Source: a virus
Taxonomy: Duplodnaviria; Caudoviricetes
IMG/VR virus record: IMGVR_UViG_2863231158_000003
Length of the DNA stretch: 64,000 nucleotides
Reading direction: 5' to 3' (one strand)
The position numbers were made by a program, and so were the translations under genes. Positions 27,630-36,149 of the stretch are shown here, piece by piece; the first letter of the stretch is position 1, and each line of letters begins with the position of its first letter. Below the pieces are notes generated by a model, which saw only the letters and a list, made by a program, of their open reading frames with translations, was not told the origin of the DNA and ran no database searches.

Positions 27630-27830
27630 TCAGCGAATGCGGATGATGTTGATCGGTTCGGGGTCGAGCACGGTCCCGCCCCGATTCAGACGGTGATGCA
27701 GCCGGTCAGCCTTCGCGGCGGTCTTCACCACCGCCTCCTTGGCGCTCTCAGCGCGGGCGCTGTACGTGTACCGGCCGCCCACACCAGGGCCTTCGGCACC
27801 TATGCGAGTCACAGTCCAACGAGGCATCAC
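27630..27830 (-). CDS. Hypothetical protein
   Basis: Packed ORF with purine-rich RBS. Confidence 0.55.
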   Translation of the reverse strand: MMPRWTVTRIGAEGPGVGGRYTYSARAESAKEAVVKTAAKADRLHHRLNRGGTVLDPEPINIIRIR

Positions 27831-27913
27831 AAATCCCCTTCGCGATCAGACAGTGGCTGGGAGCCGTGACGGCGAGGGGGAGCACACCCGCCGCCACGGC
27901 CGATCAAGCGGGA

Positions 27914-28300
27914 TCAGCGGAAACGCCCGCAGTTGCAGTCCGGCCCGTGATTCGTCGCCAACGCATGCAGGTCACTGACCGTCAGATCACCGAGCCTCCC
28001 CCTGGCCGTCAGGCCGCTCAGATCACCGAGGGGCAGCTTGTCGGTGGCCAGCTTCCAGTCGCCCTCGAGGATCACCGTCCTCCCGCGGCGGCGGATCGTC
28101 CCCGCGCTGACAACCTGCTTACGCCGCTCCTCAGCAGCAGCACGCTCCCGCTCCCGACGTCGCGCACTACGCTCCCGAAACGCCAGCTCAGCCTCATCAG
28201 GCTGCGCAGGCACCCGCCGCTCCGACGGCTTCTGCGCGGCGAAGTACCGCTCCTCCGCAGTCGGCATCTCGCTGAACTTCCTACGGCCGAACAAGCCCAC
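27914..28300 (-). CDS. Hypothetical protein
   Basis: GAGGAG RBS; C-terminal HGPDCNC. Confidence 0.6.
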   Translation of the reverse strand: MGLFGRRKFSEMPTAEERYFAAQKPSERRVPAQPDEAELAFRERSARRRERERAAAEERRKQVVSAGTIRRRGRTVILEGDWKLATDKLPLGDLSGLTARGRLGDLTVSDLHALATNHGPDCNCGRFR

Positions 28301-28361
28301 GACAAGCTCCTCTCACAACAGGGGAAGTGCAGATCAGAGACCCGAACGAAGACCGGCCGAC

Positions 28362-28598
28362 TCAAGCCGCCGCGGGATAGTCGAAACCCAGCAACTCATC
28401 GACCAACAGCGGATCCAGCGCGTAAGCGTGGTCCAGGACCAGCGCCTCCATGTCGGGGCGGCCCGCCTCACGCGCCGCAGCGAAATCCGCAAACAGATCC
28501 GCCACCGCCGCGTCACGAACCTCACCCACCGACGTCTGCGACCGGCGCTTCACGCCGAGCTCCGTCGCCGCGTGATCCGCATCGAACAGCACCGTCAC
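28362..28598 (-). CDS. Hypothetical protein
   Basis: GTGA coupling to the upstream gene. Confidence 0.55.
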   Translation of the reverse strand: MTVLFDADHAATELGVKRRSQTSVGEVRDAAVADLFADFAAAREAGRPDMEALVLDHAYALDPLLVDELLGFDYPAAA

Positions 28599-28963
28599 CG
28601 CCGGCCACCGCCCGAGGGAAGCTCGGCCGGCCGGGACTGCCCGCCCGACCGCTGCTGCAGCCACGCCACCGCCGCCGGAACCAGCTCCGGAAAGTCCGCA
28701 GCCAGCGGCGCCTCATCGATATCCCGCATGATGAACTCGACCGGGATCAGCCGCAGAAACTCGCGCTTCGCCCGGAAGGTGTCACCCGAAGCGATATCCA
28801 CCAGCTCCACAAGCTCGAACTGGGCGCACTCCACCTGACAGACCCGCTCCGCGCCCGCCTGCCCCAGCAAGTGCTTCACCGGATCCCGGTACAGGACGAA
28901 GTCCTCGAGGCCGATACGACGGGCCGCACTCACACCCACCCTGATCACGATGTCAGCCATCAC
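28595..28963 (-). CDS. Hypothetical protein
   Basis: Coupled ORF in the operon. Confidence 0.6.
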   Translation of the reverse strand: MMADIVIRVGVSAARRIGLEDFVLYRDPVKHLLGQAGAERVCQVECAQFELVELVDIASGDTFRAKREFLRLIPVEFIMRDIDEAPLAADFPELVPAAVAWLQQRSGGQSRPAELPSGGGRR

Positions 28964-29349
28964 GCCACCCCCGTCGGGTACGGGCGCGGACGCCGCGACT
29001 TGAGCAGAACCTCGTAACTCGACTTCCCGTCACCCTCAGCCGACACGACCAGGAACGCGTCCGAGTCGAGATCCATCACCACGTCGACCGCGACACCCTC
29101 ACGACGACGCTGCTGCGCAAACTCCTCCGCCGGCCACGAACCACGCGGACCACCCGCCGGAAACGACGCCAGAACCGTGCGCCGCGGACGGACATACGAC
29201 GCCGCCACATGCGCCGCCACATCAGCAGCCGACAACGACGGAACCGACAGAGCACGCTCCAAACGGAGCAGAGCAGCACGCGCAGCAGAAGGAAGCGGAG
29301 CAGTAGGGCGGAGAGCGGGTTCGGGCGGGGCAGGGGTTGCCGTGGCCAT
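28960..29349 (-). CDS. Hypothetical protein
   Basis: GSWPAEEFAQQRRREG..VVMDLDSDAFLVV; coupled to the Xis-like gene. Confidence 0.65.
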   Translation of the reverse strand: MATATPAPPEPALRPTAPLPSAARAALLRLERALSVPSLSAADVAAHVAASYVRPRRTVLASFPAGGPRGSWPAEEFAQQRRREGVAVDVVMDLDSDAFLVVSAEGDGKSSYEVLLKSRRPRPYPTGVA

Positions 29350-29618
29350 CAGGCCACCTCCTCATGAGCAGGAAGATCCGCCTCCAGGACGGACTCGGGG
29401 ATTTCCGTTGGGACCACCCGCGCCGAGCGGAGGTAGTCGTCGATAGCGGACTGGGAGATGCGGAAGCGGGGGCGAAGCGCCCCCCTAGCGATGTTGATCG
29501 CGGCGAGATGCCCGGATTCGATCAGGCGGCGCACATGTTGCGGGGTGCTACCAATGCGCGCCGCCACCTCTCCGGTAGTCAGGTAACCGCCCACAGAGGC
29601 GGCAGAAGCAGACGTCAC
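29349..29618 (-). CDS. Excisionase-like HTH protein, first gene of the tra operon
   Basis: YLTTGEVAARIGSTPQHVRRLIESGHLAA...RFRISQSAIDDYL. Confidence 0.85.
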   Translation of the reverse strand: MTSASAASVGGYLTTGEVAARIGSTPQHVRRLIESGHLAAINIARGALRPRFRISQSAIDDYLRSARVVPTEIPESVLEADLPAHEEVA

Positions 29619-29668
29619 TGGGTGCTCCCCTGCGGTCGACTGGGGCGGACACCATTAGAGAACCAGAT

Positions 29669-29702
29669 CGCTTCAGAGCAATCAATAGCTCTCTAGAGCG
29701 CT
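29669..29702. promoter_or_regulatory. Candidate GntR/Kor operator sites upstream of the tra operon
   Basis: CTTCAGAGCAATC and CTCTAGAGCG; same motif at 30542 and 30621-30637. Confidence 0.55.
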
Positions 29703-29724
29703 TGGCTGAAAATGAGCATACAGA

Positions 29725-29752
29725 AAGCCCCCACCCGTAAGGGCGGGGGCTT
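29725..29752 (-). terminator. Rho-independent terminator after the GntR gene
   Basis: AAGCCCCC...GGGGGCTT inverted repeat. Confidence 0.7.
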
Positions 29753-29763
29753 GACTACGCAGG

Positions 29764-30519
29764 TCAGGCCGGGAAGTCGTAGACCAGCAGGTACTTCGAG
29801 GCGTCCAAAACCATACGGTTGACCTCTACGACACGACCCGTCACCTCATAGGCAGTGCGGCAGATCTCGACAACCGGCGTAGCTGCAGCGAGCCCCAGGT
29901 CCTCCGACTCTGCCGCCGAAGGCATGCGGCAGCGCAGTTCCTCCCGGAAGCGCACGGGGCCATGACCGGCCTCCCGGAGCCTCGCGTAAGTGCCACCAGG
30001 CCCAGAATCGACTTGGGTGATCCTGGTTCCACGAGCAAGGTCTTCGGGAATGTACGAGGTCGATCGAATCACGGGAACACCGTCAACCAAGTACTTGCGG
30101 TTGCGGCGCCAGACAAGATCACCCTCTTCGAGGTCAAGAGTGCGGGCTACGTCCGCGGACACCGGAGCCTGCTCGATCTGTACATCCACCGGCTCCAGGC
30201 GCCGGTTCTCCACATCGACATCCCAAATCGATTTACCTTCACCCCACTGCTCACCGGAGAGTCGACGCAGCGCGTTGCGAACGATGGGGCGCCACCTGCG
30301 GATATAGACACCAGAACCAACCCGAGACTCAGTAACACCTTCATCACGAAGCACTCCGAGCGCCTGCCGAACGGTGCCAGGCGCGACGCCGTACTCCTCC
30401 GCAAGGCTTCGCTCAGGGGGCAGCTTGTCGCCGTCAGCGAACTCCCCCGCATCGATGCGGCCTCGCAGTTCGTCGGCGATCTGCCGGTACTTCAGTGGCT
30501 CGCCGGGCTTGCGCGGCAC
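29764..30519 (-). CDS. GntR/HutC-family repressor (KorA/KorSA/TraR-like; wHTH plus UTRA)
   Basis: YRQIADELR...LPPERSLAEEYGVAPGTVRQAL...GSGVY; UTRA C-terminus. Confidence 0.92.
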   Translation of the reverse strand: MPRKPGEPLKYRQIADELRGRIDAGEFADGDKLPPERSLAEEYGVAPGTVRQALGVLRDEGVTESRVGSGVYIRRWRPIVRNALRRLSGEQWGEGKSIWDVDVENRRLEPVDVQIEQAPVSADVARTLDLEEGDLVWRRNRKYLVDGVPVIRSTSYIPEDLARGTRITQVDSGPGGTYARLREAGHGPVRFREELRCRMPSAAESEDLGLAAATPVVEICRTAYEVTGRVVEVNRMVLDASKYLLVYDFPA

Positions 30520-30539
30520 GTGACCTCCTCGGGATGGAT

Positions 30540-30637
30540 TCCTCCAGAGCAACGCTACCCGCTACACCTCACGGCAGGTCAGGGGCCTCTTTGTGGAAAT
30601 CGGCGCAGACTCCTAGCTTCGATTGCTCTAGAGCGCT
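30540..30637. promoter_or_regulatory. Divergent promoter region with palindromic operator
   Basis: GCTCTAGAGC palindrome at 30625-30634; variant CTCCAGAGCAA at 30542. Confidence 0.55.
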
Positions 30638-30697
30638 ACGGTCGCTGTAGTCGCCGCGCTGCTGTGCGTTAAGTCGCGGCCGAACGAAGGGATCCCC

Positions 30698-31633
30698 ATG
30701 CCCGAACCCCCTGAGCGCACCGCGCTCTATCGTCTCTACGACGTCGACGACCGACTGCTGTACGTCGGGATCAGCGGTGCGCCGAAGATGCGCATGAAGG
30801 CTCACGCAGCCGACAAGCCCTGGTGGCCCGAGGTCGCGACACGCGACTTCGAATGGTTCGACACCAGGGAGCAGGCCGCCGAAGCCGAGGTCGAAGCCAT
30901 CAGGCAGCAGCAGCCGCTCCACAATCACACCCACAACATCTCAGCAGTGCTCGCCCTCCTGCCCGCCGTCCGTGACGAGCCGCTGCGGCCGCAACCTGCG
31001 GCGGTATCAAAGGACAGTCGCAACGTGGCCCAGCGCATGGCTGCTGAGATCCGACCGCTGATCATGGCTGGCGATATGCCCGTCGGCTCCCGGATTCCGT
31101 CCACGCAACACCTGATCACCCAGTTTCGGACCTCAAACGTCACCATTCAACGCGGTCTCCGCATCCTGAAGGATGAAGGGTTCGCCGTTGGCCGCTCCGG
31201 ATCAGCCGTCTACGTAACTTCACCTGCCCCTCAGCACCTTGACGACGAGACCCAGCACGTCGAAACCGAGATCTCCAGCGCCGAGGTCACTCCTCCGCGC
31301 CGCGTGGCTCGCGCCCTGGCAGTCGGAGAAGGCGAACCCGTCCAGCGGCAGGAGACGCTCGTCCAGGTAGACGGCCGACCGATACGCACCGTCTCCACAT
31401 ATCGGCGCCTGCAAGACGCCCTCGGAGTTCCGGCGGAACTGCTGGATCAAGTCTCCGTCCGGCCGCCGACAACCGCTGAGGTGCTCGCCCTTCAACTCCC
31501 CGAGGAGGTCCCTGTAATGAACGTCTTCCGGCAGGTACTCGACGACGACGGGCAAGTGCTTGAGGTCCAGAGCCTCATCGAGCCCGGAAACCTGTGCATC
31601 CGGCAGTACCGCACGCCGATCGATCCGCAGTAG
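30698..31633 (+). CDS. GIY-YIG-like domain fused to GntR wHTH and a reduced UTRA domain
   Basis: TALYRLYD...LLYVGIS...R..H...E..AI...PLHN, then IPSTQHLITQFRTSNVTIQRGL...GSAVYV. Confidence 0.82.
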   Translation: MPEPPERTALYRLYDVDDRLLYVGISGAPKMRMKAHAADKPWWPEVATRDFEWFDTREQAAEAEVEAIRQQQPLHNHTHNISAVLALLPAVRDEPLRPQPAAVSKDSRNVAQRMAAEIRPLIMAGDMPVGSRIPSTQHLITQFRTSNVTIQRGLRILKDEGFAVGRSGSAVYVTSPAPQHLDDETQHVETEISSAEVTPPRRVARALAVGEGEPVQRQETLVQVDGRPIRTVSTYRRLQDALGVPAELLDQVSVRPPTTAEVLALQLPEEVPVMNVFRQVLDDDGQVLEVQSLIEPGNLCIRQYRTPIDPQ

Positions 31634-31699
31634 CCCTGACGTCTTCCGGCCGCTTCCGCTGTTGGCCGCCGGTGTCCCGCGCACTCCGTGGGGCGCGCG

Positions 31700-32400
31700 T
31701 CAGATCCTACTGCTTCGGGCAAGTCGGACTCACCGCAGTTCAGGGGCCTGACGTCCGCCGTCTGGTTCTCGCGATGGCGCGCCGACCGGGTCGTAGCGTC
31801 TGGCTGGTGGCCGAGTTCCGGACATCCTGCCCGGTCCGCTGCTGACGTTGCGCGTCTGGTCTATTCGAGTTTCGCCGAGCCCTTTCGGGTTTCGTCGGGT
31901 CTTCTCGGTTGGGGTGGGTGCCGGTTTTCATCGGCCAGCTTTTGGGTGGTCGTAGTGTCGTTCGGGAGGGCATGGGTTCCGGCCATCTTCGGGCCAGATT
32001 TTCTGGGGTCTGCAGGTCGGCCACCGGGGTGCCCAGCATCAGTAAGTGTGGGGAGGTGGGGGCGTTTTGGATCTCGTGTATGCACGCTCTCACCTGTGCA
32101 GTTTGGCGACGCTCTGGCTACACCTTGAGCACACGGTGGCGTCTTCTGGATCTCGCGCTGGCCCGGTGTCTCGTTCCCGCCGTCCAGGTAGGTTCCTGGG
32201 AACGCGGTGCGCGGACTTCCGTCGGCCGCTGCATCTGGACAGTCGTGCTTGTCCAGTCCTGTCGTCTGGTGGCGGGGGCGGCGGGGAGGGAGGCTCGGGT
32301 GCGGGGTTCGGCGGGGCGGTCCGGTTTTCAGTGGGGTGGATCTATTCGCTGGCCCAGGGCGCCTGGGGCTACCAGATCGGGAGTTCTTCGCTTGACAGCG
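31700..32400. repeat. Non-coding G/T-rich region with phased YCGRGY repeats (clt-like)
   Basis: Five copies at exactly 10-bp period in 31865-31910 plus scattered copies; no credible ORF. Confidence 0.5.
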
Positions 32401-32676
32401 TGTGGAGCGTTGGCCTGCGGGTTCGCCTGCCGCGGGGTGCTGTTTGTCGACTTTTCGCCGCTTGTTTGAGTGGAGTTGATTTGAGGTCCGCGCTAGCTTT
32501 CGGTGGCCGCGTTCATGGGTTTCACGGTTTGTGGTGCGCGTTGCTCTCGCGGCGGCGGCAGGCGGTAGGAAAGCTGACGGCCGGAGCGGTCATCACCCGC
32601 TCCGGCCGTCGATAACCAGCGAGCTGCGAACTCGCTGATCAAGAGACTCGACCCTTGCATGAGAGGAGCTCTACCC

Positions 32677-33150
32677 ATGACTGTAGCGCCTGAGCTTGGC
32701 GCCGCTCCCCCGGTGCCGCCTCCGTCGGCCGCTCCGTCGGTTCCGCCGGGCTACCGTCTGGTTCCGGCGTTGATTGGCCGTCCTGGTGCGGCGTCGCATG
32801 TGTGGCTGCCGTGTCCTGACTGGTGTGTGGTGGATCATGCGTCGGTTCGTGAGGTCGACGTCGCAGATGTAGATCATTACGGCGTCCCGGTGGCGTGGTC
32901 CGTCGGTTCGTTCCTGCTGCCGGGTGTGAAGGTCCTCGAGGTCGACGTGCGGGTGCACGCGGATCCGCACAGTGACGACTCGCGTTTGCGGTCGCCGCAT
33001 GTGGTGGTGAGCTCGGACGATCCGCTCGATGCGTTTCTCACGCCGGCCGTGGCGGATGTGGCGGCGGACGGTCTGATCGCGTTGGGCCTGGCAGTGCGGG
33101 AGCAGGCTCGGCTGGCGCGTCGGGCCGGCGGGGCTGTCGCCGGCGTCTGA
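32677..33150 (+). CDS. DUF6907-like protein
   Basis: WLPCPDWCVVDH...H motif; GAGGAG RBS. Confidence 0.7.
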   Translation: MTVAPELGAAPPVPPPSAAPSVPPGYRLVPALIGRPGAASHVWLPCPDWCVVDHASVREVDVADVDHYGVPVAWSVGSFLLPGVKVLEVDVRVHADPHSDDSRLRSPHVVVSSDDPLDAFLTPAVADVAADGLIALGLAVREQARLARRAGGAVAGV

Positions 33151-33164
33151 TTGTGGGCACGGGA

Positions 33165-33196
33165 GCGCCCCCGCAGCTGACTGGCTGCGGGGGTGC
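33165..33196. terminator. Hairpin between convergent genes
   Basis: GCGCCCCCGCAGC...GCTGCGGGGGTGC. Confidence 0.65.
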
Positions 33197-33251
33197 TGTC
33201 GCGTCAGGGCGTCTGTTCGGCTGTGTCGTGTGGTCGGCGTGGGGGCGGGGG

Positions 33252-33725
33252 TCAGAGCCTGCGCCACGCCTTGGTGATCCATCGAACGTTGAGGGGGTCG
33301 TATCCCGGGTCTGCGTCGAGTTTCCGCAGGTGGGTGTATTGGCCGCGGGTGGTGGTCCAGAGGTCGCCGCAGCGGATGCGTTGCCATTCGTCGGCGATAG
33401 GCCACTTGCCGAGTTGGGTGAGCATGCCGTTGCGCCAGCCGGGCCAGGTCCACCTGCTGACCCAGCCGCTGGCGCGGAGCTGGAGTTCGTCTTCGCAGAG
33501 GCGGAGGTAGAGGCGGGCCACGCGCCGGTCCCCGTCGCTGGTCTTGCGGTTCCGTTGGCCGACGAGGGCGGCCGAGGGTAGCCGATCGAGGATCTCCCAG
33601 TAGTGCTGGAGGTATACGTCCTCGACTTCTTTGATGCGGGCTCGCATGGCACTCGCAAGGCCGAAGATCAAACCGAGGGCGGCGATTCCGAGGGCGATGA
33701 TGCCCATGGTGACTTCTGCTCGCAT
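33252..33725 (-). CDS. Membrane-anchored hypothetical protein
   Basis: N-terminal TM; YLRLCEDELQLR..GWV...W..W helical domain; AGGAG RBS. Confidence 0.7.
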   Translation of the reverse strand: MRAEVTMGIIALGIAALGLIFGLASAMRARIKEVEDVYLQHYWEILDRLPSAALVGQRNRKTSDGDRRVARLYLRLCEDELQLRASGWVSRWTWPGWRNGMLTQLGKWPIADEWQRIRCGDLWTTTRGQYTHLRKLDADPGYDPLNVRWITKAWRRL

Positions 33726-33793
33726 GGCGGCGCTCCTGCCACCCCTCTTCAGGGTCTCTCCGGGTAGCGGAGATCGCGAGTGGAGCCCGGGTG

Positions 33794-34063
33794 TCAGGCT
33801 TCGAAGTACGCCACAGTGATGATGGTGCGGCGGACGGTCATGGTGTAGATGATGCGGACACTGGTGCCGGGTGCCCGGTATTCCCACATGATGCCGCCGT
33901 GTTCTGTTTTGGGGCGCAGGGTGCCGATGAGGGGGTTTGCGGCGATCGCGGAGAGTGCGCGGTCGACGGCGATCTCTTCGGCGGGGGTGAAGTCGGCGGC
34001 CTGTTCGACGGCGACGGGCCCGAAGATGATGCGGGCGCCGGAGCGGCTGTGCTTGGGCGGCAT
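33794..34063 (-). CDS. RelE/ParE-like toxin candidate
   Basis: 89 aa; helix-NP.IG-EYR...VRIIY pattern of the RelE fold. Confidence 0.55.
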   Translation of the reverse strand: MPPKHSRSGARIIFGPVAVEQAADFTPAEEIAVDRALSAIAANPLIGTLRPKTEHGGIMWEYRAPGTSVRIIYTMTVRRTIITVAYFEA

Positions 34064-34078
34064 GGTTGCCGAGCCTAG

Positions 34079-34282
34079 CTAGGCGGCGCTGGGGCTGACG
34101 TCGATTCCGTTCTTTGCGTAGAGGTCGACGCGGAGTTCTTCCCAGTCGCGGGTGGGGGTGCGGCCGTCGCGGATGTTTTCCCAGTGGGCGGCGAGTTCTT
34201 CGTTGCCGGTTTCGCGGGCGGCGGTGATGGTTTCTTCGAGGTCGGCGAGTTCGTCTGCCGTCCATGCGGGTGCGGTCATCAC
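34079..34282 (-). CDS. Small acidic protein, antitoxin candidate
   Basis: Upstream of the RelE-like gene; acidic; ends in DWEELRVDL. Confidence 0.5.
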   Translation of the reverse strand: MMTAPAWTADELADLEETITAARETGNEELAAHWENIRDGRTPTRDWEELRVDLYAKNGIDVSPSAA

Positions 34283-34314
34283 GGCCTCCGGCGCGGGGAC
34301 TGTCCTCTGGCCGA

Positions 34315-34333
34315 CGATATCACCGTGATATCG
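34315..34333. promoter_or_regulatory. Perfect inverted repeat, probable operator
   Basis: CGATATCAC-C-GTGATATCG just upstream of the TA-like pair. Confidence 0.55.
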
Positions 34334-34388
34334 CCGTGGGGTTCAGGTCGCCCGTAACTGTCCGGCTTCCCGGCGGGTTGGTCTCTGC

Positions 34389-34571
34389 GTGGATGATGCG
34401 ATCACCGGCCCGGCCCCGGACGACGGCCTGCTCCTGCCCCTGGTCACGCTGTCGGAGGCGCAGGACATCGTCGAAGCCCTCGCCTTGGTCGCAGCGGGCA
34501 GGCCGGTGGATCGCCGCTGGGCGGGGGATCTTGCGTCAGTGCTGGCCGCCCGGGTGCCGTCACGGGACTAG
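34389..34571 (+). CDS. Small hypothetical protein
   Basis: Protein-like ORF divergent from the TA-like pair. Confidence 0.45.
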   Translation: MDDAITGPAPDDGLLLPLVTLSEAQDIVEALALVAAGRPVDRRWAGDLASVLAARVPSRD

Positions 34572-34849
34572 CGGCTGTCAAGGGCGTGTGCAGTATCTGC
34601 ACGCAGGTGGCAGGGGTAGCGGCACAGCTGGCCGGTGTACTTGTTGTTGATCCGGCAGCGGGCGTGCATGCGGTCGGACCATTGCCGCAGTTCATCGGCG
34701 TGGCCCGGATGGACGGTGATCGCTTCGGTCAGGCGGTCGGCGGCTTCGCAGGCGGTCGACACGTACAGCGGAACATCGATCAACGCGAGCAGGTGGTCGG
34801 GGAGTTGCTCGCGGGTGTCGCCGGGCGGGGGTGGCGTCGAGCCGGTCAT
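34568..34849 (-). CDS. Hypothetical phage protein
   Basis: YVSTAC...HARCRINNKYTGQLCRYPCH. Confidence 0.65.
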   Translation of the reverse strand: MTGSTPPPPGDTREQLPDHLLALIDVPLYVSTACEAADRLTEAITVHPGHADELRQWSDRMHARCRINNKYTGQLCRYPCHLRADTAHALDSR

Positions 34850-35061
34850 GATCCCTCCTCGGGGCCGAGGATGAGCTGAAGTTGCTGATCGTCCGGGAGT
34901 TCATGGAGGAAGCGCGCACCGCTGTAGCGGCTGATCTTATCCGCTAGTGCCTCGTCTTCCGTTGCCCCGTCAAGCCACGTCCAGGTTGCGGTGCACCACG
35001 GCTCTCCCCTGCGTTCGAAGTGGTGAAGACTGCCGTGGCTGAAGCACCAGGCGTAGCTCAT
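34846..35061 (-). CDS. Hypothetical phage protein
   Basis: ATGA-coupled; MSYAWCFSHG. Confidence 0.65.
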   Translation of the reverse strand: MSYAWCFSHGSLHHFERRGEPWCTATWTWLDGATEDEALADKISRYSGARFLHELPDDQQLQLILGPEEGS

Positions 35062-35738
35062 CGTTCTCCGTCCTTTTCGCTGTTCCACCAGCGGCGATCC
35101 TCGGCGGCGGCTTCGGCGACGGTGGGGCCGTCGTATGGCGGAGCCTTGGTCGCTTCGGTCGCTGCCGGGGCGGGCTGGTCGCATTGGCGCATGTGGCGTG
35201 CTGCGTCGAGGAGCTGGGCTATCACGCTCAGCCGTGTGGCCGGGGTGGCCCGGTTCCACCGCCAGATCCACTCGCCGGGTGTGGGGAACGAGTTCTCGCG
35301 CGCGGGCTTCTCCTCGCCCTCTCCGAGGCGGGCGAGTTCAGTGGTGGCTACGCGGAGACGGGCGGTGAGGGTGGCCACGTCGGGGCTTCCGTGGAGGAGG
35401 TCGTCGGCGGCGCAGGGGTTGGGGCAGTCGCTGCGGGAGCAGGTGACGTGTCCGCCGGTGCCGAGGAACAGGCTGGCGCCGCGGCAGGCGGGGCAGCGGC
35501 CCTGGACACGCGGGTGGACGGGCGACGGACCGTTGCTGCCTGCTGCCGTGCGCTGCCCGGACGGATTGACGACGAGCGTGAGGGGCGGGGCGTCCGGGTC
35601 GACGAAGACGAAGAAGCCGCCCGAGGGCGCCTGTGGCGCCTCCGGGGCGTCCGGTGGCCGCGCGGCGCCGTGACGGGGCTGCGGGACGCTCTCAGGCCCG
35701 TCTGGGGCCGTCTGCGGGGGCGTTGAGTGGTCGGTCAT
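35058..35738 (-). CDS. Hypothetical phage protein with zinc finger
   Basis: VQGRCPACRG..LFL..GGHVTCSRSDCPNP. Confidence 0.7.
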   Translation of the reverse strand: MTDHSTPPQTAPDGPESVPQPRHGAARPPDAPEAPQAPSGGFFVFVDPDAPPLTLVVNPSGQRTAAGSNGPSPVHPRVQGRCPACRGASLFLGTGGHVTCSRSDCPNPCAADDLLHGSPDVATLTARLRVATTELARLGEGEEKPARENSFPTPGEWIWRWNRATPATRLSVIAQLLDAARHMRQCDQPAPAATEATKAPPYDGPTVAEAAAEDRRWWNSEKDGER

Positions 35739-35986
35739 GCGGCGGTCTCCTGGGTGGGGTACTCGATGTCGTCGGGGTTGATGAGGCCGCGCCTGAGTGC
35801 GATGACGACGGCATGGGTGCGGGAGCGGGCGCCGAGGTGGATGGCTGCCGCTCTGAGGCGCAGGTGGATTCCCTGCTCGGTGGCACCGAGGCGGAGCGCG
35901 ATCTGGCGGCTGGTGTAGCCGGATGCGGCGAGGCGGAGCGCCGCCGCCTGTCCGGGGCTCAGCGGAGCGTGCGGGTTGCGGGGCAT
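35735..35986 (-). CDS. LuxR-type HTH protein
   Basis: LSPGQ..ALRLAASGYTSRQIALRLG...LGARSRTHAV..ALRRGLI. Confidence 0.85.
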   Translation of the reverse strand: MPRNPHAPLSPGQAAALRLAASGYTSRQIALRLGATEQGIHLRLRAAAIHLGARSRTHAVVIALRRGLINPDDIEYPTQETAA

Positions 35987-36149
35987 CAGAGACACTCCCC
36001 CGCCACGATCACGGTCTGGGCGGTGAGGACGTCGCCGTCGGTGGCCCGCCCTTGCCGGGTGGCGTCCAGGTCGAGGTCGACGAGCGGGCCTTCGATGCCG
36101 CTGGTGTCGCAGGGTTCTATCGCGGGGTCCTGGGCCGCCCAGTACGTGG

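Noticed and set aside
31688-32615. ORFs predicted in the G/T-rich region
   Set aside because: Atypical composition, no RBS or motifs; better explained as non-coding repeat DNA.
18689-33150. Independent complete AICE inserted in the prophage
   Set aside because: No Rep, integrase or flanking att repeats found by eye; treated as a phage-borne module, although a degraded AICE cannot be excluded.
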